64,000 nucleotides of DNA from an uncultured delta proteobacterium (GCA_963804955.1 CAWDSQ010000020.1:41349-105348); one strand, 5' to 3'; numbered from the stretch's first letter, positions 49,043 through 57,595 are shown. Made by a program: numbers and translations. Notes: generated from the letters alone by a model not told the origin.

Positions 49043-49066
49043 CCCCTCACCCTGACCCTCTCCCGC
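49043..49066 (-). repeat. GGGAGAGGG-(T)CAGGG(G)TGAGG-type intergenic motif, copy 1
   Basis: cccctcaccctgaccctctcccgc is the reverse complement of gcgggagagggtcagggtgagggg. A partner half-site aaagggagag lies at 49004-13. A second copy is at 56346-90. Confidence 0.5.
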
Positions 49067-49189
49067 AAAGAAAGAGTAAGCTTGTAAGGAGTGTGTATAG
49101 GCTGTATCGCATTACATAAAGTTTCGAAGGCAGAGTCTGTTTTAAAAGTGGCTCTTTAATTCGGTAAATCCATGGTCCCTTAATACGCA

Positions 49190-50755
49190 TTAGCCTTTGG
49201 GCGGCTCCTGCGGCACCGGGTAATCGGGGTTCGAGGTCAGCCTCGGATCAACAGCCTTCTTAATGTTGAGAACCAGTTCATGGTAGTTACACATGGTCGG
49301 GCCGGCGATATAATTCATGGGACCCAAAGGCCAGGTGGTGCACATCCTGCGCTTCACCGCTTCTACAACGGTCTGGGCATAGCTGTTAATGAAGCTTGCG
49401 CCGGCGTCAAGATCGTGCTCGAAATAAATAAGGGGTTCGGTCTCTGAGTAGTGCCCCAGCTGATAGGAGTTCAGCCAGTCATTATGCGTGTCGTCAGGCA
49501 CGAAGTGCCCCTTTTTCTGGCCCTGTTCAATGAGGGGCCACATATAGTCTTCGCTCATTTTGTAGCTTTGGTCGATGGAATCAAAGCCGAAGCCGCCGAT
49601 GACGAAAAAGTCACCTGCAATGCGGAACAACCGGTTTGACAGACCCGTTCGAATCTGCTCGCCGATATTGTCCTGGCCGATGCTCCACAGCTCCGAGCCC
49701 TCTTCTATATATGCTTCCGCCGAGCTCTTTAACGATTGCGTCAAGCACCTTCTGCTCATAGGCTATCTGGCGGGAAGAGGAGAATCCGATAAGGGTTACG
49801 GAGAGCACATTGCGCCACTGCTTCATGAAGTCCGGGTATTTTTTCCAGAAATACTCAACCGAGGGAGATGCGCCCGAGAGCACCATGGTGGCCGGCTCTT
49901 CATGAACGGCTGCTGCTATTTCGGCGTGGCCGACTTCATACATCGCTTCGATCAGTTTCTTGCGGTCGGGAAACTTGATAAGATTGAGCTTGAAGCGGTC
50001 TTTGGGGAAATCGACTTCAAAGTTCGGGTTTGCACCCTTGACCGGAAAGGACTGAGGGCCCTGGATAGGGAAACAGTTTTACCGCCATGCGGGTAACCAT
50101 GCCCATGCCGCCGCAGTGGCCTGAATCTGCCCGCAGCAGACCTTTCAGGTTCATGCCTGCGCAGTCGCCCCAGAACCAGTCCGCACCCGGCATTGCTGCG
50201 CGAACCTATATGCAGAATATCTCCGTTTGGCAGCACCCAGTCGCATCCCAGCACGCCGCGGTTATAGCCGAATTTATGCCCTGTGCCGCCCATGCCCTGA
50301 AACATATTGTTAGCCACGACAGATACCTGGGCGCCGGCCTCTGCTATCGTGATGGTCAAACCGTGTTTCATGGCCTCAGCCTGCAGCTGGGCATAGGTCA
50401 CATACGGTTCCACCACGGCATACATGTTCTGCGTGTCGATTTCGACAATGCTGTCCATCCGTTTGGGGTCTATGATAATCGTATCGGCCCGGGCCGGTAT
50501 GGTCGGCGGCAGCAGATTGGTGCCGACCGGAATGTAATTGAACTTATACCGGTTGGCGATTTTAATGATAGTCTGCACATCCTGCGTACTGCGCGGCAGC
50601 ACAACAGCTGCGGGCCGGTAGCGGCCTGACTGGGCATGAGTGCTGTAGATCAGCCACATATAGCTGTAGCCTGAAGTTACAGCCGGATCGTCGCAGATGT
50701 TTTCAGCGCCAAGCGCATCGGCAAGCGCCTGATAAGCTCCTTGTGGAAGCCCCAT
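49190..50755 (-). CDS. FAD-binding PCMH-type oxidoreductase, third paralogue; two or three frame breaks
   Basis: Fragments 49952..50755 (AVVLPRSTQDVQTIIKIANRYKFNYIPVGTN), 49611..49943 and 49190..49759 (..LNIKKAVDPRLTSNP). The middle frame continues upstream to about 50190. Confidence 0.75.
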
Positions 50756-50783
50756 TATGCATTCCTCCTGATAGAATTATCCG

Positions 50784-51221
50784 TTAAGCGTTTTTTTTGA
50801 TGGAATCCACAATGCTGTTGATCTGAAAGTGATTTTGATCCGCAAGATCAAATTCAACCTTCATGACAAACCGCGTAAAAATAACCCCGATTGAAAGAAA
50901 ATAAATTGCCCTCGCCAGTTTCTCGGCGTTAACCTGACGGAAGGAGCCCTCTTTGATGCCCTGACGAATTATACCGGCCAGCGTGCTTATGTATTTGTCG
51001 TAAAAAGAAGTAATCATTTCCTTTGCTTCAACACGCTCGGCTTCTTTGGCCAGAAATTCGATATAGATTTTGAAAAAGTCGCTATGCTCGCCGATGATTG
51101 AAATTGCCCGGTCGACAAAAATTTTCAGCCGCTCTTCGGCGTTTTTTCCTTCATCGATCCCTGTCTGGATTTCATTAAAATACTTGTTTGTACCGTAGTG
51201 AAATATTTCTGTTGTGATCAT
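50784..51221 (-). CDS. TetR-family paralogue consisting of the ligand-binding/dimerisation domain only (no HTH)
   Basis: 145 aa with its own RBS (AGGAGG plus 5 nt). It aligns with residues ~52-195 of the TetR at 51384..51971 (AEERLKIFVDRA..SDFFKIYIEFLAKE.. versus PEERLQVFINKA..ADFFKFCIEFLSYG..). No HTH-coding sequence occurs in any frame of the 160-bp upstream spacer. Confidence 0.75.
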   Translation of the reverse strand: MITTEIFHYGTNKYFNEIQTGIDEGKNAEERLKIFVDRAISIIGEHSDFFKIYIEFLAKEAERVEAKEMITSFYDKYISTLAGIIRQGIKEGSFRQVNAEKLARAIYFLSIGVIFTRFVMKVEFDLADQNHFQINSIVDSIKKNA

Positions 51222-51242
51222 AAAACCCTCCTATTGTTTGCC

Positions 51243-51253
51243 GACTGGTCAGT
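51243..51253. promoter_or_regulatory. Operator-like motif GACTGGTCAGT (copy 1), overlapping a TATACT -10-like hexamer of the HTH-less tetR paralogue
   Basis: The same 11-mer core (GAC[T/C]GGTCAGT) occurs at 51326-36 and 51997-52007. Confidence 0.4.
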
Positions 51254-51325
51254 ATAGTAATTTGTCTTAAAAAAAGTCTTTGAAAATTAAAGCATTGTCC
51301 TTTTCCGGCAGTAAAAGATTTAGAC

Positions 51326-51336
51326 GACCGGTCAGT
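51326..51336. promoter_or_regulatory. Operator-like motif GACCGGTCAGT (copy 2)
   Basis: It contains the perfect palindrome GACCGGTC and lies between the tetR terminator and the downstream paralogue. Confidence 0.35.
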
Positions 51337-51350
51337 GTACCATTATGTTG

Positions 51351-51374
51351 AAAAAAAGGGGGTTGCGGCCCCCT
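51351..51374 (-). terminator. Rho-independent terminator after tetR (51384..51971)
   Basis: The reverse strand reads cagggggccgcaaccccc followed by T7. Confidence 0.6.
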
Positions 51375-51383
51375 GTTTCAGCA

Positions 51384-51971
51384 CTATTCCTTGAGAGTTT
51401 TAAAAATATTGTTCAGTTGAAAAGAGTGCTGTTCAATCAGGTCATATTCCACATTGACTGAAAAATACGTGAAAAATGCCCCCATAAAGAGAAAATAGAT
51501 CGCCAGGGCTGTCTTCTCGGCATCATGGGGTTTAAAAATACCCTTGCGTATGCCTTCTTCGACATAACTTTTAAATGTGCCGACTGATTCCTTGTAAAAA
51601 GCAGTCATCATGTCGCGTATCTCGGAATCACGCACGCCATAAGAAAGAAACTCAATGCAGAATTTGAAAAAATCGGCATTTTCTTTCTGGATATTACCGG
51701 CTTTATTTATGAAAACCTGCAGACGCTCCTCCGGGTTGGCTATATCCGCCGTGTAATTTTTCAGATAGTTGGTATATCTGTAAACGCGATACTTGAACAG
51801 TTCCTGAAAAAGCTCTTTTTTGGATTTGAAATGGTAATAAATACCGCCCTTGCTGATTTTAGCCTTAGCGGCAATCGTATCCATGGCTGTTTCATAATAG
51901 CCTTTTTCATTGAAGCACTGTACGGCAGCCTCAAAAATATCCTCTTTTCTATCCCGTTTTGAATCATCCAT
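51384..51971 (-). CDS. TetR-family transcriptional regulator (full length)
   Basis: 195 aa with HTH IFEAAVQCFNEKGYYETAMDTIAAKAKISKGGIYYHFKSKKELF. Confidence 0.9.
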   Translation of the reverse strand: MDDSKRDRKEDIFEAAVQCFNEKGYYETAMDTIAAKAKISKGGIYYHFKSKKELFQELFKYRVYRYTNYLKNYTADIANPEERLQVFINKAGNIQKENADFFKFCIEFLSYGVRDSEIRDMMTAFYKESVGTFKSYVEEGIRKGIFKPHDAEKTALAIYFLFMGAFFTYFSVNVEYDLIEQHSFQLNNIFKTLKE

Positions 51972-51992
51972 GGTAGACCTTTTTTTTGATAG

Positions 51993-52039
51993 AACTGACT
52001 GGTCAGTTCATATATATCCGATCATGTTTTTTGTGTCAA
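51993..52039 (-). promoter_or_regulatory. tetR promoter (TTGACA-17-TATATA on the reverse strand) with the palindromic operator AACTGAC-NN-GTCAGTT at the transcription start region
   Basis: On the reverse strand, TTGACA is at 52039-34, followed by a 17-nt spacer and TATATA at 52016-11. The operator at 51993-52008 has 7-bp perfect arms. Confidence 0.55.
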
Positions 52040-52336
52040 GATAATTTTAAACATAAGACGGATTCTGCACATATAAAACACTACACTCGTGCTTGTACGG
52101 AAAAATGCTGGTTCAAGGTGCATGAAATGTCAGTGGGATTAACTTGCAAACCAAAACCCATTTCCCGGCCGCAATCTATATGATTTGCCATTAGTGTATT
52201 GCTATTTTATAACCTGTTCCTATACTTTTACTGTATAGCTCTGTCTCATCGCCATTTCTGTTTTTTTAACAGCAGGCTGCAGTCGTGAATTTATCCGCAG
52301 CCTGCACAACAATTATTCAAGTGAAGGGAGCAGGTC

Positions 52337-52726
52337 ATGAAAAGATTAGCTGTTTCACTGTTGAGCCTTGTCATCGCGCTGGGTTTTGCCGGGCTATGTT
52401 TCGCAGAAGAGCAGGAGATCGACAAGGCCGACAAGATCAAGCAGGCCCAGGAAGGCCTTACGAGCCTTGACTATTACAAGGGCGAAGCCACCGGCAAGAT
52501 GAACCCGGAAACACGCGCTGCTGTAAAGGAATTTCAGAAAAAAGAAATGGATATGAAAATGCCCTCTGGCGTGCTCAATGCTAAAACTTGCGACATGATC
52601 TGCAAGAAGGCCGATGAAAAAAAACCCAAGGACAAAGAGGGCGACAAGAGCATTATGGATAAGGCCAAGGACAAAGTCGATGAAGGCAAATCCAAAATGA
52701 TGCCTGCCGCTGAAATGCCCAAATAA
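52337..52726 (+). CDS. Secreted lysine-rich protein with a PG_binding_1-like (peptidoglycan-binding) domain
   Basis: 129 aa with signal peptide ..GFAGLCFA. The domain reads AQEGLTSLDYYKGEATGKMNPETRAAVKEFQKK..SGVLNAKT, followed by a K/D/E-rich tail. Confidence 0.65.
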   Translation: MKRLAVSLLSLVIALGFAGLCFAEEQEIDKADKIKQAQEGLTSLDYYKGEATGKMNPETRAAVKEFQKKEMDMKMPSGVLNAKTCDMICKKADEKKPKDKEGDKSIMDKAKDKVDEGKSKMMPAAEMPK

Positions 52727-52742
52727 AAATGTTTCAAGGCAT

Positions 52743-52774
52743 AAAAGGCAGGCTGTGAGGCCTGCCTTTTTTTT
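52743..52774. terminator. Bidirectional rho-independent terminator
   Basis: aaaaggcaggc / gcctgcctttt form the stem around a 6-nt loop, followed by T8. A-rich sequence on the other side serves the convergent gene. Confidence 0.75.
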
Positions 52775-52827
52775 CACTACATGCCGCCGGCAGTTCTAAA
52801 GCAGGGATGCTTCACTCCTCGCCCTCT

Positions 52828-53474
52828 TTAGCGCCTGCCGCCCCTGAACCAATTGCCTGGGGTATGTCCCCCAGAGCCCATGCCGCGATTCTCCCGCTGG
52901 GGGAAGCCCCTGCCGAAATCATTCCGCTGGCTGCCCCTCCTCTGAAAGCTGCGCTCGCGCGAAAAAATATCCTGAATAGTGTCCCGGATGTTCTCAAAAC
53001 GTTCCTGCCGATTTTCCCTGCGCTCATGCATAAAATTCTGGAAATTTTCCCGGCGGTCCAGCCGCCGGTCACGCATATTCTCAAGTGTGTCCGCCAGATC
53101 GCCGCCGGAACGGCCGTGGCGCCTGTGCCTCAGGTCATGATGATCGTCATCATCGTAATAACGCCAGGGATAGCCGTATGTTCCATAGTACGGGGCGGCA
53201 TACGGATAGTAATCGGGATAGTAGGGATCATAGTAGAATGAAGGGAAGCGCCGCAGCCGGCTGAGGTACCAGGGGTCATCATAGGCCGGGGCCGGCATGT
53301 ATTCATCTTCACTCTCTGCATTGCTGCCTGCAGCGTTCGAGGTGAGATTGTCAAGATAGGCCAGATCGTTGTCCGTCAGCGCCAGCACCGTGTTATTCCG
53401 GTGCACTGCACGCGGAGCAGTATCGGCAGAAGCAGCATAGATAAAATGTTAGCAGCATATTTTTTCACGACCAT
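52828..53474 (-). CDS. Secreted Tyr/Pro/Asp/Arg-rich low-complexity protein; one frame break near 53400
   Basis: The signal-like start MVVKKYAANILSMLLLPILL (ATG 53474) is in one frame. ORF 52828..53406 continues with ..FYYDPYYPDYYPYAAPYYGTYGYPWRYYDDDDHHDLRHRRH and an R/E/N/F-rich tail (RRENFQNFMHERRENRQERFENIRD). Confidence 0.5.
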
Positions 53475-53664
53475 GCATCCCCTGCGCATCTGTTTAAAGT
53501 ATATCATGTGAAACATACTCAGAAGCAAAAAAAACAGGGCAGCATCATCAGGAAACTCGAAATATATATTTAAACACATGGCCGGGAAAGGGTTTGCGAA
53601 TTTATTAAACCAGAAGAAAGAATCCGGAATTCAGGAGTCAAACTTCGACATGGAAAATAATAAA

Positions 53665-53746
53665 CACCCCGCCGCAGGCAGCGGGGTATAAAAGTTATTT
53701 CGTCATCCAGTCATTTCATTCCGGATTCTGTCCGTCGCTGTTGACT
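53665..53746 (+). repeat. Dispersed double-hairpin repeat, copy B
   Basis: The sequence is caccccgccgcaggcagcggggtataaaagttatttcgtcatccagtcatttcattccggattctgtccgtcgctgttgac. It is collinear with copy A. Confidence 0.7.
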
Positions 53747-53992
53747 TAAACCTATTGATAAAAAACCTCTATAACATTATTAGAAAAGTTTTTTAATGCT
53801 CCGTAATTGCTTTATTTTTTTAAATTTTAGTCTTTTGTTTTAAGTCTTCCAGAACAGCATATTCTCGCCATAAGCCCCTGCATAAGTGAATATCATTAAA
53901 ATTAACAGCATCAATTTTTTTTTCTCTTTTTGACCTTATATGACAAAAGTCGCGGCTATTGTTCAGGTACAAACAACAGAAAGGAGCATACC

Positions 53993-54433
53993 ATGAAGAA
54001 GTTGTTCATAACTATAACGGGTATCGCCATGCTGTTTATTACAACAGCCCGGGCTGGTGAGCCTCTGGGCAACTACAGTGCAAACCCCTACGGCCATGAC
54101 TCAACCTCAAACCCCTACAGTGAGGCCGGAAGCCCCTACAGTTCAAAAAGTATCAACAATCCTTACGGCATATACGGCAGCCCTTACAGCTCAAAGTCTG
54201 CCAGCAATCCTTATGCTTCCGACGCGCCCCGGCTTTATGACAGCCGTGGCAACTATCGCGGCAGGCTTTCCAGCAATCCCTATGACCCGGAATCTGTTTC
54301 AAACCCCTATGGCCGCTACGGCAGCCCCTATTCATCCGAGAGCATCAACAACCCGTATGGCCCGGGCAGCCCGTACCGCACAGACAGCCCCAATAACCCC
54401 TATGGCGAGGGCTTGGAAATTATCGGAGACTGA
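53993..54433 (+). CDS. Secreted NPY-repeat protein
   Basis: ATG 53993 lies 7 nt after AGGAG, and the signal peptide is MKKLFITITGIAMLFITTARA. There are eight NPY motifs, three within GSPYSS(K/E)S(I/A)(N/S)NPY units. The central segment is LYDSRGNYRGRLSSNPYD. Confidence 0.7.
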   Translation: MKKLFITITGIAMLFITTARAGEPLGNYSANPYGHDSTSNPYSEAGSPYSSKSINNPYGIYGSPYSSKSASNPYASDAPRLYDSRGNYRGRLSSNPYDPESVSNPYGRYGSPYSSESINNPYGPGSPYRTDSPNNPYGEGLEIIGD

Positions 54434-54505
54434 TAGATTGCCGGCAGACGCATGGCTAAACAAGATGACTTATAAAAACCAGTGCCTTACAGGCGAAAGC
54501 AGGAT

Positions 54506-54815
54506 ATGAGAATAGATGAGATTTTAAAATATTTGCCTCAGTTGGCAGGTAAAAAAATTAAAAAGATTTGTTACTGTGAACCGCAGCCGGGCTACGAACC
54601 GTTTACACAATCTGTATTTTGAGTTTGACGATGGCAGCCATTTTGAAATGTATGCTGATGCTGAAATGCGCTTCACCGGCATAATAGAATTTGATCCTCA
54701 TTTGGGCAGCATTGTCGAAAGAACATTCACCCTGGCAAAAACAAGCACTCTGATTGCCGTTAAAGTTGACGAGAGCGGCATTGCGTTTTCAGATCCATCA
54801 TTGCTTTTACTCTAG
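54506..54815 (+). CDS. Hypothetical small protein; probable frame break near 54575
   Basis: MRIDEILKYLPQLAGKKIKKICY.. (frame 2) continues as ..NRLHNLYFEFDDGSHFEMYADAEMRFTGIIEFDP (ORF 54576..54815). Confidence 0.4.
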
Positions 54816-54897
54816 CAGGTGGACCCCCATTGAACTAAAAAATCAAGCAATCAGAGGCGGGCAGGGCATATTCCCCAGGTCGCAGACCTAGCATACC

Positions 54898-54963
54898 CTC
54901 ATTCCGGCGAAAGCCGGAATTCAGAAAAAAGCAGACTGATGCCGGATCAAGTACTGCATGAGA
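54898..54963 (-). repeat. Dispersed double-hairpin repeat, copy D (inverted orientation)
   Basis: The reverse complement reads ctcatgcagtacttgatccggcatcagtctgcttttttctgaattccggctttcgccggaatgag. Confidence 0.7.
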
Positions 54964-55133
54964 AAAACCTGGAAGGGTTCTGGGGCTTTCAAAAAATCGA
55001 ACAAATAGCATGCTAAAAATTACACTTGCCATTCTTTCTATTTGACATACAATCATTTTACTTTTTAATATATCCCATCTGCCCTGCTTGATTCTTAAAT
55101 TTTCAACCTTGAACTTTGAACAGGAGTTGCCCC

Positions 55134-55373
55134 ATGCAGCAGAAAGAAATTACTCTCACCTTTGATCTTGATGTTGAAGAGGAGCAGCGCGTCTATACAG
55201 CGCTCATGAACCTGCCGGAATTCTACAAGCTTGATCTTTCAAAAGCCCTGATCCGTTTTGTCAATAATCTGGTTTCCGGCATGGCAGAGTGCGAAGAGCG
55301 CAAAAACCAGTGCGAAGGAATTCTAAAGGCTGTGGTGGGCAGTGTGCCTAAAGGAAAAAAAATGTGGAATTAG
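55134..55373 (+). CDS. Hypothetical small protein (79 aa)
   Basis: ATG 55134 follows CAGGAG. The text is MQQKEITLTFDLDVEEEQRVYTALMNLPEFYKLDLSKALIRFVNN... I recognise no family. Confidence 0.45.
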   Translation: MQQKEITLTFDLDVEEEQRVYTALMNLPEFYKLDLSKALIRFVNNLVSGMAECEERKNQCEGILKAVVGSVPKGKKMWN

Positions 55374-55492
55374 TTGAATAGTTGAATTAGTTTGATTGGT
55401 TGAATTAGTTCAATTGGTTGGATTGGTTCAATGGGTGTTTTTTAATTCTGAATTCTGACTTCTGGATTCTGAATCTAACTCTGAACTCTGAC
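55371..55492 (+). repeat. Two blocks of degenerate short-period tandem repeats (9-bp T[AG]GTTNNAT x7, then 7-9-bp TCTGA[AC]-type x6)
   Basis: Block 1 is tagttgaa tagttgaat tagtttgat tggttgaat tagttcaat tggttggat tggttcaat. Block 2 is attctgaat tctgacttc tggattctg aatctaact ctgaactctgac. Both lie just upstream of the RBS of the gene at 55536. Confidence 0.7.
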
Positions 55493-55535
55493 TAGTGAAT
55501 GCCGAACCACTGTATTTCTATATAAGGAGTACCCC

Positions 55536-56213
55536 ATGAACATAGTTGCCGTAAACGGAAGCCCCATCCGGGGCGAAGGGCTGCACAGGCCGTCTGCTGT
55601 GCGGCCCTGATTGATGGCGCTCGTGAAGCAGGCGCAGCGGTTACGCTGTTTGAACTAGGCCAGCTCACTGTCAAACCCTGCACAAGCTGCCGCACCTGTC
55701 AGCGGGTCGGCACCTGCGTTATCGAGGATGATTACCCGAAGATACAGGCTGCCCTGATAGCGGCTGACGGCATAGTGCTTGCCAGCCCCAACTATATATC
55801 CAGTGTCAGCGCCCAGATGAAAGCGCTTTTGGACCGCTGCTTCAGCATGTTCCACACCCAGGCGCTGCACGGGAAATACGGCGCCGGCGTCGTGGCCTCA
55901 GGCGGCCCCATGTGCCAGATGACGGAAGAATATCTGATGCATGTCATTGGCAGCATCGGCTGCTGGAAAGTAGGCAGTGTGGTCAACCGGCGGAGGCGTG
56001 CTTGACGATCCCGCCCAGGCGCCGGACGTGCTCAAAGAGGCCCGCGATCTCGGCGCCAGGCTCGCAGATGCCATTGAAACCAGGAAGCGTTTCCCCGAGC
56101 AAACCGATGAGCGGGAGCAGTCTTTTGAAATTATGCGCTGGCTGGTTAGTGAGCATAAGGACATGTGGCCCTATGAATTTGAATACTGGCAGAAGCACTG
56201 GAGCACGAGCTGA
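55536..56213 (+). CDS. Iron-sulfur flavoprotein (Isf)-like NADPH-dependent FMN reductase family protein; two or three frame breaks
   Basis: MNIVAVNGSP.. is followed by the compact cluster motif C-x2-C-x2-C-x5-C (KPCTSCRTCQRVGTC) and LASPNYISSVSAQMKALLDR. The C-terminus is in ORF 55977..56213. Confidence 0.75.
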
Positions 56214-56345
56214 TTAGGGGGGGCTCAGTTTTTTCTTTTTTTGCCCTTGAGAATATTATGAGGGTTATCTCGTAGTGTCATATGGCGATATGCCCGTTCT
56301 CCCGTAGGGGCAGATTGCGTTACTCATTCTTGTTTGATGTGTTTT

Positions 56346-56390
56346 CCTCCCTCTCCGCCATGAATGGGGGAGAGGGCAGGGGTGAGGTGG
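56346..56390 (+). repeat. GGGAGAGGG-CAGGGGTGAGG-type intergenic motif, copy 2 (with hairpin CCCTCTCC/GGGGAGAGGG)
   Basis: The sequence is cctccctctccgccatgaatgggggagagggcaggggtgaggtgg. Confidence 0.5.
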
Positions 56391-56465
56391 CTGATTATTG
56401 CTGAATAGCATGGCACCAGTCGCTGCGCTTGAGTCACAGAGTGATATTGAAAAAATGCAGACGAC

Positions 56466-56500
56466 ATTTATTTTTCGCCATCTCCGGCGAAAAATAAAAT
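56466..56500. terminator. AT-rich extended hairpin (possible bidirectional terminator)
   Basis: atttatttttcgcc / ggcgaaaaataaaat form a ~14-bp stem with one bulge. Confidence 0.35.
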
Positions 56501-56554
56501 CTCATGCACTCTGTGCTCTTTGCGCCTCTGCGGTGCATTTAGCTAATTTTTTTA

Positions 56555-56590
56555 CTTCTGAACGCTTCTGACTACTGACTTCCTGAATTC
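56555..56590 (+). repeat. TCTGA[AC]-type short repeat block, second locus
   Basis: ttacTTCTGAAcgcTTCTGACTaCTGACTTcCTGAATTC lies 25 nt upstream of the ATG at 56616. Confidence 0.5.
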
Positions 56591-56615
56591 TTTTTTTTCT
56601 CATGGAGTTCCACCT

Positions 56616-57272
56616 ATGCCTGTGCTCCATAAGTACAAAAACAGAAATGAATATTACATCCTCACCATGATCGGCAAAGCCGTGGCAACCTTCCATTTAA
56701 AACCGGAAGGCTACCGGAAACTGGCGGCTGCAGGCATTAAAAAGGGCGCAACCTTCCCCCGGGCCCTGCTGCTTGATTTATACCGCGTGGGCGATGCCTA
56801 TACGCATGAGCCCGTACCCGGCGATGCCGAGAGCAAACAGCCAAAACTCCAGCTCAAACTCGATTTCCCCGATGACCCCGAACCCGCAAGCCTGTTTCCG
56901 CACTGTTCAGCCTGCTCGTCGGTAGATGACCTGCATGTTGTTGAAATAAAGCAGCCTGAGCATATAGCCTCTATTCTCTGCGCTGCCTGCCGCGCAAAAA
57001 AGATAATCGATTCCAGCATCCCGCTGCCTTTTGTAACCTGTGATATATTGTCCCGGCTGCTCAAAATGAAAAAAATTCACAAAGTAGATATCTCTGTTCT
57101 TTCCTATCAAAAACTGCTCAACGCGGAGTTCGAAACCAAATGGGATCATGTTTTGAAAAACAAGCCGCAGCAGACAAAGCTGTTTGATACAGAGGATAAA
57201 AAGCAGAAAAAGCTCGCAGCCAGGACGAAAAGACTGATAGCGTGGGGGAAGCCAAAGGATTACCTCGAGTAA
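56616..57272 (+). CDS. Hypothetical protein with a CxxC...CxxC zinc-ribbon-like motif
   Basis: 218 aa with HCSACSS..(24 aa)..LCAACRAKK and a K-rich C-terminus. Confidence 0.55.
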   Translation: MPVLHKYKNRNEYYILTMIGKAVATFHLKPEGYRKLAAAGIKKGATFPRALLLDLYRVGDAYTHEPVPGDAESKQPKLQLKLDFPDDPEPASLFPHCSACSSVDDLHVVEIKQPEHIASILCAACRAKKIIDSSIPLPFVTCDILSRLLKMKKIHKVDISVLSYQKLLNAEFETKWDHVLKNKPQQTKLFDTEDKKQKKLAARTKRLIAWGKPKDYLE

Positions 57273-57553
57273 CTTTAAAAGAAATTTAGCCACCCCCGAC
57301 TAAAATTATCATTTCATAACATCCCACCATTCCTAAAAATCCTATCGATGTTCCACCCATAATCAATATTTTTTCAATAGTGACTTGTAAAATTTTGTCG
57401 GTTTATCGGGAAATAACTCTCAATTCCATCAGCTACATTGCGCGGAGCGGGGCACGTCTTTCGATTCGGTCACCCAACCCGGGTTTAAAAAAAGGTGACA
57501 GGCACAGGTTTTTGAAGCTAATAGAAGAAGCTTGCAAACAAACATCTTGTATG

Positions 57554-57569
57554 GTACTTAAATAAGTAC
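57554..57569 (+). promoter_or_regulatory. Palindrome GTACTTA-AA-TAAGTAC, candidate antitoxin operator
   Basis: Perfect 7-bp arms lie 27 nt upstream of the antitoxin ATG. Confidence 0.4.
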
Positions 57570-57595
57570 TCAATAAGGTTTTAAAGTATGCGCAT

